Shown here: positions 37,122 through 47,556 of the stretch, piece after piece
Layout: each line of letters starts with the position of its first letter
Position numbering within the stretch: the stretch's first letter is position 1
From: Minisyncoccota bacterium
GTDB lineage: Bacteria; Patescibacteriota; Minisyncoccia; Moranbacterales; UBA1568
Assembly (NCBI GenBank): GCA_051306005.1
Contig: JBPPMJ010000003.1
Coordinates: 97,764-161,763 of the forward strand
Direction: 5' to 3'
Length of the DNA stretch: 64,000 bases
Notes under the pieces: generated by a model
Database searches by the model: none
The model's input: the letters and a program-made list of their open reading frames with translations, nothing else
Told to the model about the DNA's origin: nothing
Program-made: the position numbers and the translations under genes

Positions 37122-39425
37122 ATGCACCACACTGAAACGTATAAAATAAAAGGTATGCACTGCGCTTCATGCGCAGGCATTATCGAGAGAACCTTTAAGA
37201 AAGTGGAAGGAGTGGAATCTGTTCAGGCTAATTACGGTATGGAAAATGTGAAAGTTTCCTTTGATAAGGAAAAGACAAATCCAGAGCAACTCTCAAAAAA
37301 ACTTGAGCCACTCGGTTACACTCTCATTGTGCCAATTATAAAAAGCGCAGAAGAGATGGGGATGTCCTCTGATGAACACGCTGCTCATTTAGGCCTCAAC
37401 CAATCGAAGAAAGAAAAGCTGGCTGAAATTAAGGATATGCGGAATAAAGTCTATTCCGTACTCCCTTTAGCTGCTTTCAGTGTTTTTGTGATGGGTTGGG
37501 ATATTTTTGCTCAGTTTGGCTGGGTAAAACTTATGCCAGAAGTCTGGTATGAATTTTTTCATCATCTTCTTCCCATCTTTGCAACCTATACTTTTATAGT
37601 GGTAGGGAAGCCCTACCTTTTAGGTATCTATCGATTTTTTCGCTATGGGAAAGCCAATATGGATACTCTCATTGGTATCGGTACAGCCACCGCTTTTCTC
37701 TATAGTTTCATCGTGACTGCTTTTGAAGAGTCACTGGCACCATATATAGATATCACTCATAGTTACTACGATGTGACCATTGTAGTCATCGCCTTTATTG
37801 CTTTTGGGAAATACCTAGAAGCTCAGGCAAAGTTAAAAACAGGCGATGCTATCGAAAAACTATTGGGATTGCAAGCAAAGACTGCTTTGATAATGCGAGA
37901 AGGTAAAGAAGTAGAGATTCCTTTGAGTGAAGTCAAAGTAGGAGACCTCATTATCGTAAAGCCAGCAGGAAAAATACCTGTAGATGGGGTAGTCACTGAA
38001 GGAACTTCTTTCGTGGATGAGTCTATGATTACGGGCGAACCTATTCCGAATGAAAAGAAGAGCGGAGATTCAGTAGTAGGAGGGACTTTAAATACCACGG
38101 GTTCTTTTGTATTTAAAGCTACAAAAGTAGGGAGTGAAACTCTGCTATCGCATATTGTAAAAATGGTGGGAGAAGCACAGGGGAGCAAAGCACCTATTCA
38201 GGGACTGGCTGATAAGATATCGAGTGTTTTTGTGCCAGTAGTTTTGGTAATTGCTGTTGTAACACTTGGAGTATGGCTCATCGTTGGTACTCAATACTTA
38301 GGATTTTCTCAGGCGCTTTCTTTTGGATTAGTTTCTTTTGTAGGAATTTTGGTTATCGCATGTCCTTGTGCACTGGGGCTAGCTACTCCAACGGCTATTA
38401 TTGTTGGAGTAGGTAAGGGTGCTAAGGAGGGGATTCTGGTTAAAGACGCTGAGACGCTAGAAAAACTTGGGAAAGTGAACGTACTCGTCTTTGATAAGAC
38501 AGGGACCATCACTAAGGGAAAACCTGAAGTGGTTTCGGTTGTGCCCTTTGAAGGAAAAAATGAAGAGGAAATCCTTACCTTATTAGCCACACTCGAAAAA
38601 AAATCTGAACACCCAATTGCTCATGCAGTGGTTACTTTGGCCGAAGAGAAAAAAATATCTCTCTTAAAAATGGAAGGTTTTGAGGCTATCCAAGGAAAAG
38701 GTCTTAAGGGAGAGATTGAGGGAGTAGTCTATTATGCTGGTAATCTCGCCTTACTCAAGGATTTACATATTTCTTTCGACCAGTCTCGTTTGGAAAAAGA
38801 AGCCAAAGAAGGCAAAACACCGATCATTCTCGCTACTAAAGAAAAAGTACTCGGTATAGTGATGGTTGCTGATGCCATCAAAGAGGGAGCCAAAGAAGCG
38901 ATGGAAAAGCTCAAAAAGATGGGCATACAGACCATCATGCTTTCTGGAGATAATCAGCACACGGCCGAGTATATTGCCAAGCTAGTAGGGATTGATGAAG
39001 TCATGGCAGAAGTCTTACCTGATCAAAAAATGATAAAGATACAAGAACTACAAAAAGAAGGAAAGATGGTCGCTATGGTGGGAGACGGCGTCAATGATGC
39101 ACCAGCCCTTGCTCAAGCCAATGTGGGCATTGCTATGGCTACTGGGACAGATGTGGCGATTGAATCAGCTGGTATCACCCTTCTTCATGGGGACATTACT
39201 AAAGTTGTGAAAGCCATCAGACTTTCTCATATGACCATGGTTGGTATCAAGCAGAATCTTTTTTGGGCTTTTGTTTATAATCTAGTGGGTATCCCACTCG
39301 CAGCAGGCCTTTTCTACCCGCTCTTTGGCTGGCTCTTGAGCCCGGTCTTTGCGGGTCTTGCCATGGCTTTTTCAAGCGTGTCTGTAGTAGGAAACTCTCT
39401 TCGGCTTAAAGTGAAAAAATTATAA
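37122..39425 (+). CDS. copA: Copper-translocating P1B-1-type ATPase
   Basis: N-terminal [17 protein letters not shown] motif, [13 protein letters not shown], and Cu-type TM motifs YN...MAFSSVSVV. Confidence 0.9.
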   Translation: MHHTETYKIKGMHCASCAGIIERTFKKVEGVESVQANYGMENVKVSFDKEKTNPEQLSKKLEPLGYTLIVPIIKSAEEMGMSSDEHAAHLGLNQSKKEKLAEIKDMRNKVYSVLPLAAFSVFVMGWDIFAQFGWVKLMPEVWYEFFHHLLPIFATYTFIVVGKPYLLGIYRFFRYGKANMDTLIGIGTATAFLYSFIVTAFEESLAPYIDITHSYYDVTIVVIAFIAFGKYLEAQAKLKTGDAIEKLLGLQAKTALIMREGKEVEIPLSEVKVGDLIIVKPAGKIPVDGVVTEGTSFVDESMITGEPIPNEKKSGDSVVGGTLNTTGSFVFKATKVGSETLLSHIVKMVGEAQGSKAPIQGLADKISSVFVPVVLVIAVVTLGVWLIVGTQYLGFSQALSFGLVSFVGILVIACPCALGLATPTAIIVGVGKGAKEGILVKDAETLEKLGKVNVLVFDKTGTITKGKPEVVSVVPFEGKNEEEILTLLATLEKKSEHPIAHAVVTLAEEKKISLLKMEGFEAIQGKGLKGEIEGVVYYAGNLALLKDLHISFDQSRLEKEAKEGKTPIILATKEKVLGIVMVADAIKEGAKEAMEKLKKMGIQTIMLSGDNQHTAEYIAKLVGIDEVMAEVLPDQKMIKIQELQKEGKMVAMVGDGVNDAPALAQANVGIAMATGTDVAIESAGITLLHGDITKVVKAIRLSHMTMVGIKQNLFWAFVYNLVGIPLAAGLFYPLFGWLLSPVFAGLAMAFSSVSVVGNSLRLKVKKL

Positions 39426-39427
39426 GT

Positions 39428-40435
39428 ATGCAAAAAATTATTCTCCATGTCAGTGGCACTCATTGTAGTTCCTGTAAGATTCTAATTGAAGATATTTTGA
39501 ATGAACAGGAGGGGATAGAAAATACGCAGGTTGATTTGAAAAAAGAAACAGTTTCTTTTGAGATAAATCTTGCCGAGGACATTAATCAGTTGGCAGACAG
39601 ACTGAGTGAAAAAACAAAGCATAACGGGCACACTTTTTCTGTAGAGAAAAAAGAAGGGATTACCAAAGATGCTGGAGTTATTTGGCAAGCCTTACCCATT
39701 GGATTAGCCTTTCTCGCACTTTTCTTTATTCTACAAAAATCAGGTCTTCTCAATATTGGACTAGGCGGGAAAGTAACTTTACTCACGAGTTTTGCTATTG
39801 GTCTCATAGCTTCGGTTTCTACTTGTCTGGCTGTAGTAGGGGGATTAGTACTTTCACTTTCAGCTCAGCTGGCTGAAGATGATAAAAAGAACAAAAAGGT
39901 CTTTGTACTTTTCCATGCTTCACGAGTGATTTCATTTGCTCTCCTTGGTGGAGTGTTAGGAATGATTGGGAGTGCTATTGGAATCAGTTTTACTTTCGGA
40001 GCTATTCTGGGAATTCTTGCCTCTGTCGTGATGATAGGATTGGGACTTAGTTTAGTAGGAGTATTTGAAAAAAGTAATTTCACCTTACCAGCAGGTATTT
40101 TCAAAGTCTTCAGAAAAGTAGAGCATGGAGTATGGGCGCCAATCTTGGTTGGACTTGGAACCTTTTTCCTTCCTTGTGGCTTTACGCAGTCCATGCAGAT
40201 CCAAGCCTTAGCTTCGGAGTCATTCTTTGGTGGAGCAAGTATCATGTTGTTTTTTGCTTTAGGGACACTCCCGATGCTTGCGTTTCTTTCCTTTACCTCA
40301 GTTTCTTTTGCCAACTCTAAGTATGCCCCGCTCTTCTTTCGATCAGCGGGTATTGTGGTCATTGGACTGGGAGTCTTTGCTCTTCTGGCAGGACTGGCAG
40401 GGTTAGGAATTATTCAACCACTATTTAACGTATAA
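39428..40435 (+). CDS. HMA-domain fused to a polytopic membrane protein (DsbD/CcdA-like or TauE-like permease)
   Basis: N-terminal HMA (GTHCSSCKILIE) then ~6-8 TM helices with Gly-rich segments and Cys residues. Exact family unclear. Confidence 0.45.
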   Translation: MQKIILHVSGTHCSSCKILIEDILNEQEGIENTQVDLKKETVSFEINLAEDINQLADRLSEKTKHNGHTFSVEKKEGITKDAGVIWQALPIGLAFLALFFILQKSGLLNIGLGGKVTLLTSFAIGLIASVSTCLAVVGGLVLSLSAQLAEDDKKNKKVFVLFHASRVISFALLGGVLGMIGSAIGISFTFGAILGILASVVMIGLGLSLVGVFEKSNFTLPAGIFKVFRKVEHGVWAPILVGLGTFFLPCGFTQSMQIQALASESFFGGASIMLFFALGTLPMLAFLSFTSVSFANSKYAPLFFRSAGIVVIGLGVFALLAGLAGLGIIQPLFNV

Positions 40436-40439
40436 ACAT

Positions 40440-40865
40440 ATGCAGAAAAACAAAGTCATCTCTATTGTTGGGAGTATCATCATTATTGGAGCAGCAAGCT
40501 ATGCTCTTATGGCAGATAAGACACCGTCGCAAGAGAGTTCTCAGAATGTTCAAATCAGTAGTTCTCAAAAGGATGTAAACAACGTGATAGTAAAAGACGG
40601 AGTGCAGTATGTGACTGTTCTGGCAAAGGGCGGTTATTCTCCAAAACTAACTACTATAAAAGCAGACATGCCAACGAAGCTTGTTATTAAAACAGAAGAT
40701 ACCTATGACTGTTCTTCATCTCTTGTCATTCGCTCACTGTCATTTCAGAAAGTTTTGAAAGCAACTGGCGAAGAAACTATTGATGTAGGAAAACTGGCAA
40801 CTGGTGAGAAACTTCAAGGAGTCTGCGGTATGGGGATGTATAATTTTCAAGTGGTTGCAAGCTAA
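40440..40865 (+). CDS. Secreted/membrane-anchored hypothetical protein, possibly metal-binding
   Basis: Signal anchor. C-terminal Cys/Met-rich segment (CSSS...CGMGMYNF). Location in the copper cluster. Confidence 0.35.
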   Translation: MQKNKVISIVGSIIIIGAASYALMADKTPSQESSQNVQISSSQKDVNNVIVKDGVQYVTVLAKGGYSPKLTTIKADMPTKLVIKTEDTYDCSSSLVIRSLSFQKVLKATGEETIDVGKLATGEKLQGVCGMGMYNFQVVAS

Positions 40866-40882
40866 GATTATCTAGAGAATAT

Positions 40883-41422
40883 ATGAAGTACATCCTCTCT
40901 CTTTCATTTGTCATCATTTTTCTCGGAGCCTCTGTACTTACAGGGTATCTTTTGTGGCAGAATTATAAGGCTTCTCCTGAGCCAGTAGTGGTACAGGAAG
41001 CAGTTAAGGAGCCTCCTCAAGAAATGGCTCAAGAAGAAGAAAAACCAGAGGTTGTTCAAGATATATCCTCCGAGAAGAAAGTGCCCGAAAAGCAGTCTTC
41101 AGGAATGGAGAGTTTTCCAGCGCCGAGTACCGAAGTTAAAAATGGTCGTACAGAACGAACTATTCATATGGGAGTACGCCAGTGGGTTTGGGAGCCAAAT
41201 GTCATTCGAGCTAAACAAGGAGAGCTGGTGAGGCTTATTATTCATAATGCCGATGTAAATCATCCTCTTTATATACCAGAGCTAGGCATAGAAGCAGAAG
41301 TACCTCCAGAGGGGGCAGTAGTTGAGTTTGAAGCTAAGAAGAAGGGAAGTTTTTTCTTTCTATGTGGAACCTACTGTGGAGAAGGACATGCTGAAATGCA
41401 GGGCACACTCATCATTGATTAG
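40883..41422 (+). CDS. Cupredoxin-fold protein with a CuA-type binuclear copper motif
   Basis: C-terminal FFLCGTYCGEGHAEMQG matches Cx3CGxGHxxM, the cytochrome oxidase subunit II / N2O reductase CuA ligand pattern. N-terminal TM anchor. Confidence 0.6.
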   Translation: MKYILSLSFVIIFLGASVLTGYLLWQNYKASPEPVVVQEAVKEPPQEMAQEEEKPEVVQDISSEKKVPEKQSSGMESFPAPSTEVKNGRTERTIHMGVRQWVWEPNVIRAKQGELVRLIIHNADVNHPLYIPELGIEAEVPPEGAVVEFEAKKKGSFFFLCGTYCGEGHAEMQGTLIID

Positions 41423-41472
41423 GAGTAATCAATGGAAGAAAGGACTTTAAAGCTTTATGGTATTATAAAGAC

Positions 41473-41889
41473 ATGAAATTGTGGAGCAAAAGAAACGCTA
41501 TTTTACTCGTAGCCACCCTTATTCTTTTTTCGGGATTTGGTATTTTTTCTCATACATCAACACCTAACGACTCAGAGTGCCTTTTTGCTGTTGCTGAATC
41601 CACCAATTGTAATACAGGCGAAAGTCAGCCACTGCATATCATAAAGCACTGTCTTAATTTTTTTGTTGGTGTGATGCAGACAAGCGAGGGGTTAGAGAAA
41701 TCTCTTCTGGTCTTTGTAGTATTGGCATATATATTTTTTAAGCCAGGAACACTGAAAGATCTATACTCTCCTGTAATGATGCGCATGAAGCACTATGCTT
41801 CTCAGCAAATAATTTTAGAACATCATCTTGTTAATAATCTTCGAAATCTTTCTTCTTGGTTAGCCTTTGCCTATAGCTACTCTCGTTAG
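41473..41889 (+). CDS. Hypothetical membrane protein
   Basis: ORF with an N-terminal TM helix; no recognisable motif. Confidence 0.3.
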   Translation: MKLWSKRNAILLVATLILFSGFGIFSHTSTPNDSECLFAVAESTNCNTGESQPLHIIKHCLNFFVGVMQTSEGLEKSLLVFVVLAYIFFKPGTLKDLYSPVMMRMKHYASQQIILEHHLVNNLRNLSSWLAFAYSYSR

Positions 41890-41979
41890 GAACCACTAGG
41901 ATGTTGTTTTGATAAACAATGTCATTTTATCGTGGAGCGTATATAAAACGGAGGGGTAAGTAGCTATGAGAAAAAGTAT

Positions 41980-42525
41980 ATGATGGTTTTTAGAGTGCTA
42001 GAGAGGGTCTTTCGAAAATGGGAATACATCGCAATAGCCACTGCTGTAAGTAGTGTAGCTTTTGCATTGGTGACATGGCTTCCTAATTTGAGATTGGTTC
42101 TCGAAAGCCTCTTCTCTGAAGGAACAATTGCAGAAAGGACGAAATTACCGATTATTTTTCTGGGTTCTATTGTGACCAATTTCACTCTTTTCTCAGCCAT
42201 CTATACGCTGTGCATCATAGTACTGCTTGGCATTAGCATTAGCCTTATGATCTTTTCATTTCGTCAGAGAGTTCCACAGTCAAAATCAAGTGGTGTTACC
42301 ACAAGTTTCTTTGGAACACTGAGTGGACTATTTGGTATCGGCTGCGCTGCTTGTGGTTCAGTAATCTTGACGCCACTTCTAGCAGCCTTAGGGGGAACGG
42401 CTTTTCTTGCCTTTCTTCCTCTAGAAGGTAGCGAGTTCGGAATAATAGGAGTAGCGCTTCTCTTGATCTCAATTTACGTAACGGCCAAAGAGATTGATCA
42501 GCCAGCTCCCTGCAAGATTGGGTAA
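41980..42525 (+). CDS. Hypothetical polytopic membrane protein (Cys pair GIGCAACGS)
   Basis: About 4 TM helices; no recognisable family. Confidence 0.35.
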   Translation: MMVFRVLERVFRKWEYIAIATAVSSVAFALVTWLPNLRLVLESLFSEGTIAERTKLPIIFLGSIVTNFTLFSAIYTLCIIVLLGISISLMIFSFRQRVPQSKSSGVTTSFFGTLSGLFGIGCAACGSVILTPLLAALGGTAFLAFLPLEGSEFGIIGVALLLISIYVTAKEIDQPAPCKIG

Positions 42526-42553
42526 AAAGTTTTATTCATTAACTGTTATACGT

Positions 42554-43324
42554 ATGGAAGAATTAGAAAAAACGAAGAAAGAAATGTACGATGAAGAGAA
42601 AAAAATGAAAGAAAAAGAAAACACACAGGAGGTAGGTAAGAAGCCATGGTATGGATCTAAGATATTTATAGGTGTTCTGTTTGTGGCGGGAATCTTTGCT
42701 GCATGGCAAATTCTTAGTTCTAAAGAAACAGAAGCACCTAAGAAGCCCTCTGGAGAGAAGGCTGTAGTGGCTCCAAACCCAATCCTAGCTGTTCAAGAGA
42801 ATGACTGGGTACGTGGTGACAAGGAGGCTCCAGTGACCATTGTTGAGTACCTGGATTTTGAATGTGAAGCTTGCGGAGCCTACTATCCAATAATAAAACA
42901 ATTGGAAAAAGAGTTTGAAGGTAAGCTTAAGGTAGTAACCCGATACTTCCCACTTCCAGGGCATAAGAACAGCATGGAGGCGGCACTAGCGGTAGAAGCT
43001 GCTGGGAGACAGGGGAAATTTTTCGAAATGCATGATCTCCTGTTTGAATCCCAGAAAGAATGGTCAGAAAAGCCACTCTCCAACCCTGATCTCTTTCTTC
43101 CGTATGCAGAGAAGCTTGGTCTTGATATGAACAAATTTAATCAGGATCGAAAAGAAGCTGCTGTTATAGCGAGAGTTGATAAGAATAAGAAGGAAGCAGA
43201 TCAACTGAAGCTGAACGGTACACCATCATTCTTCCTAAATGGTAGAGCTATTAAGAGTCCAAACACATTGGAAGATTTTCAATCTCTCATTCAGAAAGAA
43301 ATTGATGCGCTGCCTGTTAAGTAA
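42554..43324 (+). CDS. DsbA-like thioredoxin-fold thiol:disulfide oxidoreductase
   Basis: TM anchor then VTIVEYLDFECEACGAYYP (CxxC active site in the DsbA context). Start at MEELEK; the track start 42494 overlaps the previous gene. Confidence 0.75.
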   Translation: MEELEKTKKEMYDEEKKMKEKENTQEVGKKPWYGSKIFIGVLFVAGIFAAWQILSSKETEAPKKPSGEKAVVAPNPILAVQENDWVRGDKEAPVTIVEYLDFECEACGAYYPIIKQLEKEFEGKLKVVTRYFPLPGHKNSMEAALAVEAAGRQGKFFEMHDLLFESQKEWSEKPLSNPDLFLPYAEKLGLDMNKFNQDRKEAAVIARVDKNKKEADQLKLNGTPSFFLNGRAIKSPNTLEDFQSLIQKEIDALPVK

Positions 43325-43330
43325 AATAGT

Positions 43331-43924
43331 ATGACTCTTGAACTCTATTCCACACTTCTCACACTTGGTTCCATAGGAATATTCATTATTCTTTTAGGAG
43401 TTGGTATTGGCTATATTTTTTCTGTGAAAATTCGTCAGTGTATGCAGAGGATATCGTACGAGCAATATCTCATAGCCCTGGCTACTATTTCGATTGTCTC
43501 CATAGCGGGCTCCCTCATTTATCAGCTTGTATATATGACTCCTGTTTGTGAGCTTTGTTGGTGGCAGCGGATATTCTTGTACCCCGTGAGCGTGATAGCA
43601 ATAGTGGCCTTATGGTTTCGGACTCGTGAGAGTCACATCACTATTGCGATTCTCTCCGCTTTTGGATTATGGTATGCAAGTTATCACTACTATTTTCATT
43701 TTCAAGGCTACGTACTTGGAAATAAGCTCAGTATTCCATGTTCATACGGTGGACTGATGCCAGCTTGTACAAATTCACCAGTTTTAGTTTTTGGGTTCGC
43801 TACCATTCCTTTCATGGGTATCATGATATTTGGAAGTATGATTATACTTGCTGCTCTCGCTCATACGAAACTCGAAACGAGTTTGTGGGAAAAATTAATG
43901 AAAACTTTTAAATCTAATAGTTAA
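43331..43924 (+). CDS. Disulfide bond formation protein B (DsbB/BdbC family)
   Basis: Four TM helices with CELCWWQR and a second Cys pair (C..C), typical of BdbC/DsbB. Confidence 0.75.
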   Translation: MTLELYSTLLTLGSIGIFIILLGVGIGYIFSVKIRQCMQRISYEQYLIALATISIVSIAGSLIYQLVYMTPVCELCWWQRIFLYPVSVIAIVALWFRTRESHITIAILSAFGLWYASYHYYFHFQGYVLGNKLSIPCSYGGLMPACTNSPVLVFGFATIPFMGIMIFGSMIILAALAHTKLETSLWEKLMKTFKSNS

Positions 43925-43928
43925 AAAT

Positions 43929-44621
43929 ATGGAAAATAAGACAACTACAGTGGAAACGAAAACAGATGAAGTTGAGACAACTGAAAAAATAGATGCGCAG
44001 GGAAAGAAGTATAAGAAAGAAGAAATAGTGCGACAGGCAAGAACGCTGCTTGCCAGCAAGAAGACCCTAGCATTGCTCATTATTCTTTTTTTGGCAGGAA
44101 CAATTTTCTACTTTAAGAATTATTTTGTAGTTGCGATGGTGGATGGAGAGCCTATTAGTCGTTTGAGTGTCATTGAACGACTGGAAAAGAGGAGTGGAAA
44201 AACTGTGCTTGATTCTATCATTACAGAAAAACTCATAGACAATGAGACAAAGCGGCAAGGAATTTCTGTCAGTGAAGACGACATAGACGCTGAAATCAAG
44301 ACTATTGAAGCGAGCGTCACAGCTCAAGGTGCTACCTTAGAAGATGCTCTAGATCAGCAGGGTATGACGATGGAAGACTTTAGAAAAAGCATTACGCTTC
44401 AAAAAAAGCTAGAGAAACTCCTTGGTGACAAAATTAAAGTGAGTGACGAAGAGATTACCAAATCATTAGGTGACCAAGCAGGAATACCAGCAGGTAAGGA
44501 GGAGGAGATTCGTCAGCAGGTTACTCAACAGTTAGAGAGTGAAAAGCTTAATCAAGAAGCAGGAAAGTATATAGAAGAACTTAGAACGAACGCTAAGATC
44601 CAGCTTTTTATGAACTACTAA
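43929..44621 (+). CDS. SurA N-terminal domain-like chaperone (membrane anchored)
   Basis: TM anchor then VAMVDGEPISRLSVIERLEKRSGKTVLDSIITEKLI..., the SurA_N-like pattern. Paralog of the gene at 60310-61074. Confidence 0.5.
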   Translation: MENKTTTVETKTDEVETTEKIDAQGKKYKKEEIVRQARTLLASKKTLALLIILFLAGTIFYFKNYFVVAMVDGEPISRLSVIERLEKRSGKTVLDSIITEKLIDNETKRQGISVSEDDIDAEIKTIEASVTAQGATLEDALDQQGMTMEDFRKSITLQKKLEKLLGDKIKVSDEEITKSLGDQAGIPAGKEEEIRQQVTQQLESEKLNQEAGKYIEELRTNAKIQLFMNY

Positions 44622-44642
44622 AAATAAATAATTAAAAATGTT

Positions 44643-45398
44643 ATGAGTATAATGCAAAAAAATCCATTTAGTCCCAACGCCATCATTATTTCAATCGCTA
44701 TTTTAGTGGGAGCGTTGTTTGTTTCCAGTGCGATTGTAGGGAGGGGAACTGTAGTTAACAGCGGAGATAGTAAGCTGGGAGCAGTGAAAGAAAATACTGT
44801 TCCTCCTACTGCACCGACTCCTCAAGAAGGGAAGGTTTCTATTGCTAACGACCCAGTACTAGGAAAGAAAGATGCACCTGTTACTATTGTGGAGTTTTCT
44901 GATTTTGAATGCCCATTCTGCAAGCGGGCATTTACAGAAGTATTACCACAATTGAAGAAAGAGTATATAGAGACAGGCAAAGTGAAACTTGTATATAAAG
45001 ATTTCCCACTTGATTTTCATGCAAACGCTCAAAAAGAAGCAGAAGCAGCTCAATGCGCCTTTGATCAGGGAGGAGATGCTATTTATTACCAGTATCACGA
45101 TAGTATCTTCACGCAGACTAAAGGGAATGGTACAGGGTTAGAATTAACTGAATTACCACTCATAGCTCAGAAGCTCGGACTGGATCAGGCTAAATTTCAG
45201 AAATGTCTTGATTCTGGCAAGAATGAGCAAGAAGTCAAAGATGATATGGCCGAAGGAGAAAAGGTTGGTGTTTCAGGGACTCCTTCATGGGTTATTGGAA
45301 AGTCTAATGGCGATAGTATTGAAGGTAAGTTGATTGTTGGGGCTCAGCCTTATGCCGCTCTGAAAGCAGTGATCGATAGTGCTCTGGAAGAGAAATAA
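44643..45398 (+). CDS. DsbA-like thioredoxin-fold oxidoreductase
   Basis: VTIVEFSDFECPFCKRAF with a CPFC active site. Signal anchor. Confidence 0.8.
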   Translation: MSIMQKNPFSPNAIIISIAILVGALFVSSAIVGRGTVVNSGDSKLGAVKENTVPPTAPTPQEGKVSIANDPVLGKKDAPVTIVEFSDFECPFCKRAFTEVLPQLKKEYIETGKVKLVYKDFPLDFHANAQKEAEAAQCAFDQGGDAIYYQYHDSIFTQTKGNGTGLELTELPLIAQKLGLDQAKFQKCLDSGKNEQEVKDDMAEGEKVGVSGTPSWVIGKSNGDSIEGKLIVGAQPYAALKAVIDSALEEK

Positions 45399-45423
45399 GA
45401 AAAGAAAGATTAAAAACATATAT

Positions 45424-47361
45424 ATGTCACAGGCCTGTTGCTCAACTGAAGAAAAAAAAGAAGGGACTCCCTCTCTTGAAAAGAAGGGATTATTTGAGTT
45501 GAAAAAAGTTCTGACTATTCTTTCTGGTTTGAGTACAGGTCTGGCATTTGTCTTAAGTTTTCTTTCTACCCCAGATTTACTGATCACTTTGCTCTATGTA
45601 TTTAGTATCTTGGCGGGAGGTATCTATGTCGTTAAGGGAGCACTCCGAGGTTTGATGAAGCAGCGGTTTCTTAATATAGACTTTCTCGTGGTCATCGCAT
45701 CCCTAGGGGCAATCTATATCAATCAACTGCCAGAAGCAGCCGCTGTCATCTTCTTTTTCTCCCTTTCTGAGGCGTTAGAGGAATTTGGCATAGCGAGGTC
45801 TCGTAAGGCTCTGCAAGCCCTTCTTCATTCTGCGCCTAAAACGACTACTCTTCTTGATGGCAGAGTGGTAGCGGTTACGGAAGTGTCTGTAGGGAATAAG
45901 ATCGCCGTCAGACCAGGAGAGCTCATTGCTCTTGATGGCAGGGTGACCAAGGGTAATTCTGCAGTGAATGAGGCGACTATCACGGGTGAACCTTTACCCA
46001 GAAATAAACAAGTTGGTGATGGAGTTTTTGCAGGGACACTCAATGAAAATGGTTACTTAGAAATTGAAGTAACCAAAGAGAGTAAAGATTCTACTTTTTC
46101 AAAGATTGTGCATTTAGTGGAACAGGCTCAGAAAGCAAAAGCTCCAAGTCAGGAATTCATCGATCGTTTTGCGAAGTTCTATACGCCGACAGTCGTTATA
46201 GTTGCTCTTTTAATAGCTATCTTCCCTCCTCTTTTATTGGGCGAATCATTTCTCATTTGGTTTACCAGAGCATTGGTATTACTAGTCATTGCTTGTCCTT
46301 GTGCCTTAGTTATTTCTACGCCCGTGGCGATTACTTCTGCCATTGGAGGCGCTTCTCGAAGGGGAGTCCTCATTAAAGGAGGTAAATACCTGGAGGAAAT
46401 GAAGAAAGTGAAAGTCATTGCCTTTGATAAAACGGGTACTCTCACTATGGGAGAGCCTTATATCTCTGATGTCATTCCCTTTAATGGATTTACTGAAAAA
46501 GAAATTATTGAGGATGCTGCTGGGATAGAGCAATTTTCTTCGCACCCTCTTTCAAAAAGCATTCTGGAATATGCGAAAGAAAAGGGAATACTTTCTCATT
46601 CAATGACGAATTATGAGAATGTCGCAGGCAAAGGAGGGAAAGCTGTATGCACGATTTGTAGCAATCAACAGCATTGCGTGGGGAATCTTAAGCTCATGGA
46701 TACTCATGGGGTTTCTACGCAAGAAATTACCGCACAAACAGAAAAATTAGAGAGAGAAGGAAAAACTATTGTACTCGTAAGTGTAAGCAACAGATTAATG
46801 GGAGTGATAGCTATATCTGACAAGGTAAGAGAGGAGTCTAAAGAAACCATTTTGAGGTTAAGTAATTTAGGAGTGAAATCTGTCATGCTGACAGGTGATA
46901 ATCAACACACTGCTTCTTATGTAGCTAAAGATCTCGGCATTACAGAAGCTTACGGTTCGCTTCTCCCAGAAGACAAAGTAGCAAAAATAGAAACTCTAAA
47001 AAAAGAGTATACCTCCGTAGCTATGATTGGCGATGGAGTAAATGATGCACCCTCGCTTGCATTGGCAAATGTTGGTATAGCGATGGCTTCCAAGGGATCA
47101 GATGTGGCAATTGAGACGGCTGACATTGCTCTTATGAACGAAAACTTGCTGAATGTCGCTGACATAGTAAGTTTGAGCAAAAGAACGGTGCGAACAATTA
47201 AACAGAATATAACGGGGGCAATCTTAGCCAAGGTAATTTTCATGGTTTTAGCGGTATTTGGGATTTCAAACCTCAGTATAGCTATTGCGGCTGATACGGG
47301 CATGGCTCTTTTAGTGATCTTGAATAGTTTAAGACTTTTTCGGTTTCAGAATTATGTATAA
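45424..47361 (+). CDS. Heavy-metal P1B-2-type ATPase (Zn2+/Cd2+/Pb2+-type), no classical HMA domain
   Basis: CPC in TM6, [16 protein letters not shown] conserved Lys in TM7 (AKVIF) and DTG in TM8 give the Zn/Cd-type signature. The N-terminus has a CC pair (MSQACCSTEE). Start at that Met. Confidence 0.85.
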   Translation: MSQACCSTEEKKEGTPSLEKKGLFELKKVLTILSGLSTGLAFVLSFLSTPDLLITLLYVFSILAGGIYVVKGALRGLMKQRFLNIDFLVVIASLGAIYINQLPEAAAVIFFFSLSEALEEFGIARSRKALQALLHSAPKTTTLLDGRVVAVTEVSVGNKIAVRPGELIALDGRVTKGNSAVNEATITGEPLPRNKQVGDGVFAGTLNENGYLEIEVTKESKDSTFSKIVHLVEQAQKAKAPSQEFIDRFAKFYTPTVVIVALLIAIFPPLLLGESFLIWFTRALVLLVIACPCALVISTPVAITSAIGGASRRGVLIKGGKYLEEMKKVKVIAFDKTGTLTMGEPYISDVIPFNGFTEKEIIEDAAGIEQFSSHPLSKSILEYAKEKGILSHSMTNYENVAGKGGKAVCTICSNQQHCVGNLKLMDTHGVSTQEITAQTEKLEREGKTIVLVSVSNRLMGVIAISDKVREESKETILRLSNLGVKSVMLTGDNQHTASYVAKDLGITEAYGSLLPEDKVAKIETLKKEYTSVAMIGDGVNDAPSLALANVGIAMASKGSDVAIETADIALMNENLLNVADIVSLSKRTVRTIKQNITGAILAKVIFMVLAVFGISNLSIAIAADTGMALLVILNSLRLFRFQNYV

Positions 47362-47556
47362 AAATGATACAGACAAAATGAAGAGAGAAGATGATCTGGG
47401 AAGCCAGGATCAGGCAGAATATTCAGAGTTTCTGAGAGAGTGGAAGTATTCAGCTATCTGCATTGCGATTGGATTAGTAGTAATTATTGTGATTGGACTA
47501 CTCTTTCACGGAAGTTAGTAGCAGTTGAGCCACTATGTAAGTTAAAAAAAGTGAAC

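Noticed and set aside
37823-38590. Minus-strand ORFs inside copA (37823-38188, 38309-38590)
   Set aside because: Antisense to a strongly supported P-type ATPase. Ser/Thr/Pro-rich translations typical of the antisense of Gly/Ala/Val-rich membrane genes.
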